A stretch of 64,000 nucleotides of DNA from Candidatus Zixiibacteriota bacterium (GTDB lineage: Bacteria; RBG-13-66-14; B26-G2; WVWN01): assembly GCA_050117845.1 (NCBI GenBank), contig JASFLY010000011.1, forward strand, positions 19,351 to 83,350, in the 5' to 3' direction. The notes beneath the pieces are model-generated. The model was not told the DNA's origin. It did no database searches and worked only from the letters and a program-made list of their open reading frames with translations. Shown here one piece after another: positions 60,919 to 64,000 of this stretch. Both the position numbers and the translations under genes were made by a program. Position 1 is the first letter of the stretch; each line of letters begins with the position of its first letter.

Positions 60919-60949
60919 CCGGTAACTCCGGAAAGCGCCGCAAGATAAG

Positions 60950-60973
60950 AAAGCTCGGCCAGCGCCGAGCTTT
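60950..60973. terminator. Bidirectional terminator
   Basis: AAAGCTCGGC-cagc-GCCGAGCTTT between convergent rimI and queE. Confidence 0.65.
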
Positions 60974-60999
60974 ATCTATAATGACATGCCGTCGCGGGT

Positions 61000-61728
61000 T
61001 TATTTCAATCCGAGGAACCGGTGCGCCTGGGGGATGAGGCGGACGTCGGACAGGATTTCGGTCAACTGCACGGTTATGGCGAGCAGGCGTTCCGACTCGC
61101 CGGGGGGAGGGGGCGTCTCGTCGCGGCGGGGTTGGATGATGAAGGGTATGTGCCCGCCGACTTTGGCGACGACGCGGGCCGCTTCCACGACCTCGTTCTC
61201 GTTGGTGTCCGGGCCGACGACGGCCTTAACGTACGCCGTTTTCTGTTTCGCCGTTTCTATGAAGCTGGCCGTCTCCTCGGCCGGGAACGGCCTCCCGGAA
61301 AAGGACGGCAGTTTAAGGTCCACCGATATCACGTCGACGCGGGGGATGACCTCCGCCAGTTCACGATAGTGGTGGCCGCGCGTCTCGAGCAGGACCCGTT
61401 TCCCGAGGGCCGAGAGGCGCGTCAACAGAAGGGACAGAAAGCCCGGCTGCTCGAGCGGCTCGCCGCCGGTCACGGCCAAAAACGGCACCTGTTTCAGTAG
61501 GGCCTCCACCCGGGTCGTGAGATCGGCCACCTTGACCGGATTGGGCAATACCTCCGGGACGGCGCCGTGGATGGAGAACTGCGACATCTGGGTGCGGGCC
61601 CGGGGCGTGTCACAGCGTTCACACGCCGCCTGGCAACCGCCGAGTCGGATGAAAAGCATCGGCGTGCCGACGAGCGGCCCTTCGCCCTGTACGCTCAAGA
61701 AAACTTCGTCTATATAACCTCTTAGCAT
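61000..61728 (-). CDS. queE: 7-carboxy-7-deazaguanine synthase
   Basis: EVFLSVQGEG, CQAACERCDT, TGGEP, PQAH. Confidence 0.9.
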   Translation of the reverse strand: MLRGYIDEVFLSVQGEGPLVGTPMLFIRLGGCQAACERCDTPRARTQMSQFSIHGAVPEVLPNPVKVADLTTRVEALLKQVPFLAVTGGEPLEQPGFLSLLLTRLSALGKRVLLETRGHHYRELAEVIPRVDVISVDLKLPSFSGRPFPAEETASFIETAKQKTAYVKAVVGPDTNENEVVEAARVVAKVGGHIPFIIQPRRDETPPPPGESERLLAITVQLTEILSDVRLIPQAHRFLGLK

Positions 61729-62282
61729 ACGCCTCTAACCTTGCTGATAGCCATGATGAAACCCTCCACTTCCTCGCAATAACGTTTCATAATCGCCGCC
61801 GCGAACTCGGCGGCGTCTATCCCCAGTTCGTTAAGGTCGGCCACGGCCACGGGGGCGCCGGTGCCGTCGACGTTAACGCCGAGGTGAATCAGCGCCGAGG
61901 TGGGGGAGACGGTCGCGATGGAGACGGTCAGCTTCCGTCCTTCCACGAAAACGTCGTCGCCGACCCGCGTCACCTCGTTCGGCCGGGCGCGCGAGTCGAT
62001 CTCCTCGCGTACGAGGGCGGCCAGTACCCGCTGGCGCCATACCATTTCGGGGAGAGTTACCCCGAAATGTTCCACCACGAAATGGAGCATCCTGGCCGCG
62101 GTGATATGTTCCCCGGCCCGAAGGTCCGCCAGGTCGACGAGGTCGTCGCCCCGGACTTCCGCGGGGCCCACGAAGGCTACGGCGGAATCGCCGTAGATGC
62201 CGAAGTTTTTATAGGCGAAGTGGCCGTACAGCGCGGTGTAAGGCCGTTCTTCGGCGTCGAAATGGGTTTTTATCGTCGTCAT
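61722..62282 (-). CDS. DUF366 family protein
   Basis: DLVDLAD, MLHFVVEHF, GDDVF...KLTVSIAT...IHLGVN. Confidence 0.8.
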   Translation of the reverse strand: MTTIKTHFDAEERPYTALYGHFAYKNFGIYGDSAVAFVGPAEVRGDDLVDLADLRAGEHITAARMLHFVVEHFGVTLPEMVWRQRVLAALVREEIDSRARPNEVTRVGDDVFVEGRKLTVSIATVSPTSALIHLGVNVDGTGAPVAVADLNELGIDAAEFAAAIMKRYCEEVEGFIMAISKVRGVC

Positions 62283-62325
62283 GCCGTTCGAAAATCCGCC
62301 TATCCTAATATAATTTTCCCCAATG

Positions 62326-63021
62326 TCAACTTTTTTTACCCGGCTTCCGGCCGAAAACGGCGTCCGCGATAGCGTCCTGGCCGGTGGCGGCCAGGGCCCG
62401 GGCGGTCCTAAGGCAGGACGCGCAACCGCCGCAAGGCCGGGGTCCCTCGCCGTAGCAGGGGTAAATATATTCCAGCGGGACGCCGGCCTCGTACGCCTTC
62501 CTCGCGATGTCCGTCTTGTCCCAGCCGCCGGTATACGTCGATACCCGCACACGGCCCGCGGTGGAGTAGTGGAGGGAGCGGTTGACGGCGGCGACGAAAG
62601 CGCGGGAGTTGTCCGGGAAGTCGGTGGCCTCCTCCGCGTTGAAACCGGCGATTACGGCCGGCGCGCCGTAGCGCTCGGCGAAGGCCGCGCCGATGGCGAT
62701 AAAGAGGCCGTTCCGATTCGGGACCCACACCGGGTCCGGGGGAGACGTGTGCTCCGGAAGGGCGACGCCCGGCTCCACCAGCGCCGCGGGGACCAGCTCG
62801 CGGAACCACGTTAATTTTACTACCTGATGATCGGCCTCGTAAAACCCGCAAATTTTACGAGCCGCCCGGATCTCGGGCCTGGCCGCGCGGTGGCCGTAAT
62901 CTACGGTTAGCGCCAGTACCGGCGGCCGATAGCGACACGCCAGGGCCAGGTTCAAGGCCGAGTCGATACCGCCGGAGAACAGAACGACGGATTTATAATT
63001 ATGGGACGAAAGACGCGGCAT
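62326..63021 (-). CDS. queC: 7-cyano-7-deazaguanine synthase
   Basis: FSGGIDS, DYG, VPNRN, CY...CGGCASC. Confidence 0.92.
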   Translation of the reverse strand: MPRLSSHNYKSVVLFSGGIDSALNLALACRYRPPVLALTVDYGHRAARPEIRAARKICGFYEADHQVVKLTWFRELVPAALVEPGVALPEHTSPPDPVWVPNRNGLFIAIGAAFAERYGAPAVIAGFNAEEATDFPDNSRAFVAAVNRSLHYSTAGRVRVSTYTGGWDKTDIARKAYEAGVPLEYIYPCYGEGPRPCGGCASCLRTARALAATGQDAIADAVFGRKPGKKS

Positions 63022-63370
63022 ACTTGGGAGACTCTTTGACCGTGACGCGCGCCAAACGTACGTGATTGGTTTCGATTTTCGGCGCGAGCCGGGCGTAAAT
63101 AAAAGCGGCGACGTTCTCCGCGGTGGCGTTACGCTCCCGGAAATCCGGCAAATCGTTTAAATTTTGATGATCCATATCTTCAAGTACTTCGCCAAGTGCA
63201 GCCCGGAACACCTTGAAATCCAAGCCGATACCGACTTCGTCCAGCCCCTCGGCCCGGGCGGTCGCGATTACGACGAAGTTGTGGCCGTGGAGCCTCTCGC
63301 AGGCGCCGCCGTAGCCGCGGAGGGCATGGGCGGCCGAGAAATTCGCTTCGACTTCTATTTCGTAAGGCAT
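62999..63370 (-). CDS. queD: 6-carboxytetrahydropterin synthase
   Basis: FSAAH, CERLHGHNF, DH..LN, TAEN. Confidence 0.93.
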   Translation of the reverse strand: MPYEIEVEANFSAAHALRGYGGACERLHGHNFVVIATARAEGLDEVGIGLDFKVFRAALGEVLEDMDHQNLNDLPDFRERNATAENVAAFIYARLAPKIETNHVRLARVTVKESPKYAASFVP

Positions 63371-63408
63371 ATCATCCTTTTGACAGGGGTCGGTTTCTAT
63401 AATTCAAT

Positions 63409-64000
63409 TTAAAGTATAACAGGTTCCGCGGGAATTTGCTCGGAAGCGGCGATTTCGTGGAGGACTTGCGCCAGCGCTTCCGTTTTTAATTCCAGTTCGG
63501 CCAAGGGGCCGGCGTTTTCGATTATGACGTTGCCGCCGGCCCGTTTTTCTGCGGGGCTGAGTTGGCAGCCTTGCCGGGCGAAAAAGTCGGCGGCGTCGTA
63601 TTTGGGGCGGCATCGCTCCAGCCGTACGTCTTCTGGGGCGTCGACGACGACTACAAGGTCGACGCCGAGGTCGTCTTTCCATTCTAAAATAAGCGCCGCG
63701 TCGATAATAATGGCCGGCGCCGGCGCGGCGGCCCGGATATCCGCCCGGATCTTTTCCCAGAGTAGGGGATGGACCAGTTTGTTCAGGCATTCCGCCGCAT
63801 TTTCGTCCGCGAACGCTTCCCGGGCCAGCGCCCGGCGGTCGACCGAGCCGTCCGGGGCGAAAATATCGGGGCCGAATGCCTCGGCGAGGCGTTCCCGCAC
63901 GGCCCCGGGCTCCGACAGTACATCTCGGCCGTGGCGGTCGGCGTCGATAACGGGGAATCCTTGTTTTCGGAGAAGGTCCGCGACGGTGGTTTACCCGCGC
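63409..64000 (-). CDS. coaE: Dephospho-CoA kinase (5' end outside window; apparent frameshift at about 63991)
   Basis: TTVADLL...VIDAD...DGSVDRRAL...LVHP...DAALILE...RQ. Confidence 0.85.

Noticed and set aside
63371..63408. preQ1 riboswitch or + strand TTGACA/TATAAT promoter near queD
   Set aside because: No preQ1 hairpin or A-rich tail; the hexamers are only 12 nt apart and on the antisense strand.

Overview
A GC-rich, densely coding 64 kb chromosomal segment from a diderm bacterium (lptA-like, lptB, lgt, beta-barrel proteins). An S8 protease with a T9SS-like C-terminus suggests an FCB-affiliated lineage (inference). Content is mostly housekeeping: degP-dnaJ-TPR-TolB-like, leuS, hemW, deoB/mtnA, yggS, cdd, nfi, lgt-asnS-ClC-2xCNNM, DUF4388/HD-GYP, pdp, then lptB-rpoN-lpdA-lipA-hpf-ptsN-hprK, a mannose-type PTS with a GH57 gene inside it, ptsH-ptsI, tsaE-tsaB-rimI, and an opposing coaE-queD-queC-DUF366-queE operon. 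I saw no tRNA, rRNA, CRISPR array, transposase or phage gene. The most notable unannotated feature is a candidate leucine-sensing attenuator upstream of leuS: a promoter, a near-leaderless 16-aa peptide with 4 Leu in 6 codons, and alternative antiterminator/terminator pairings. Also notable: a dispersed CGTCRG-N10-CYGACG palindrome family, a ~210-nt multi-stem intergenic structure, a ferritin-like gene broken by an in-frame TAA, and a 1-nt frameshift in the coaE P-loop. All calls rest on motif recognition by eye; no searches were run.
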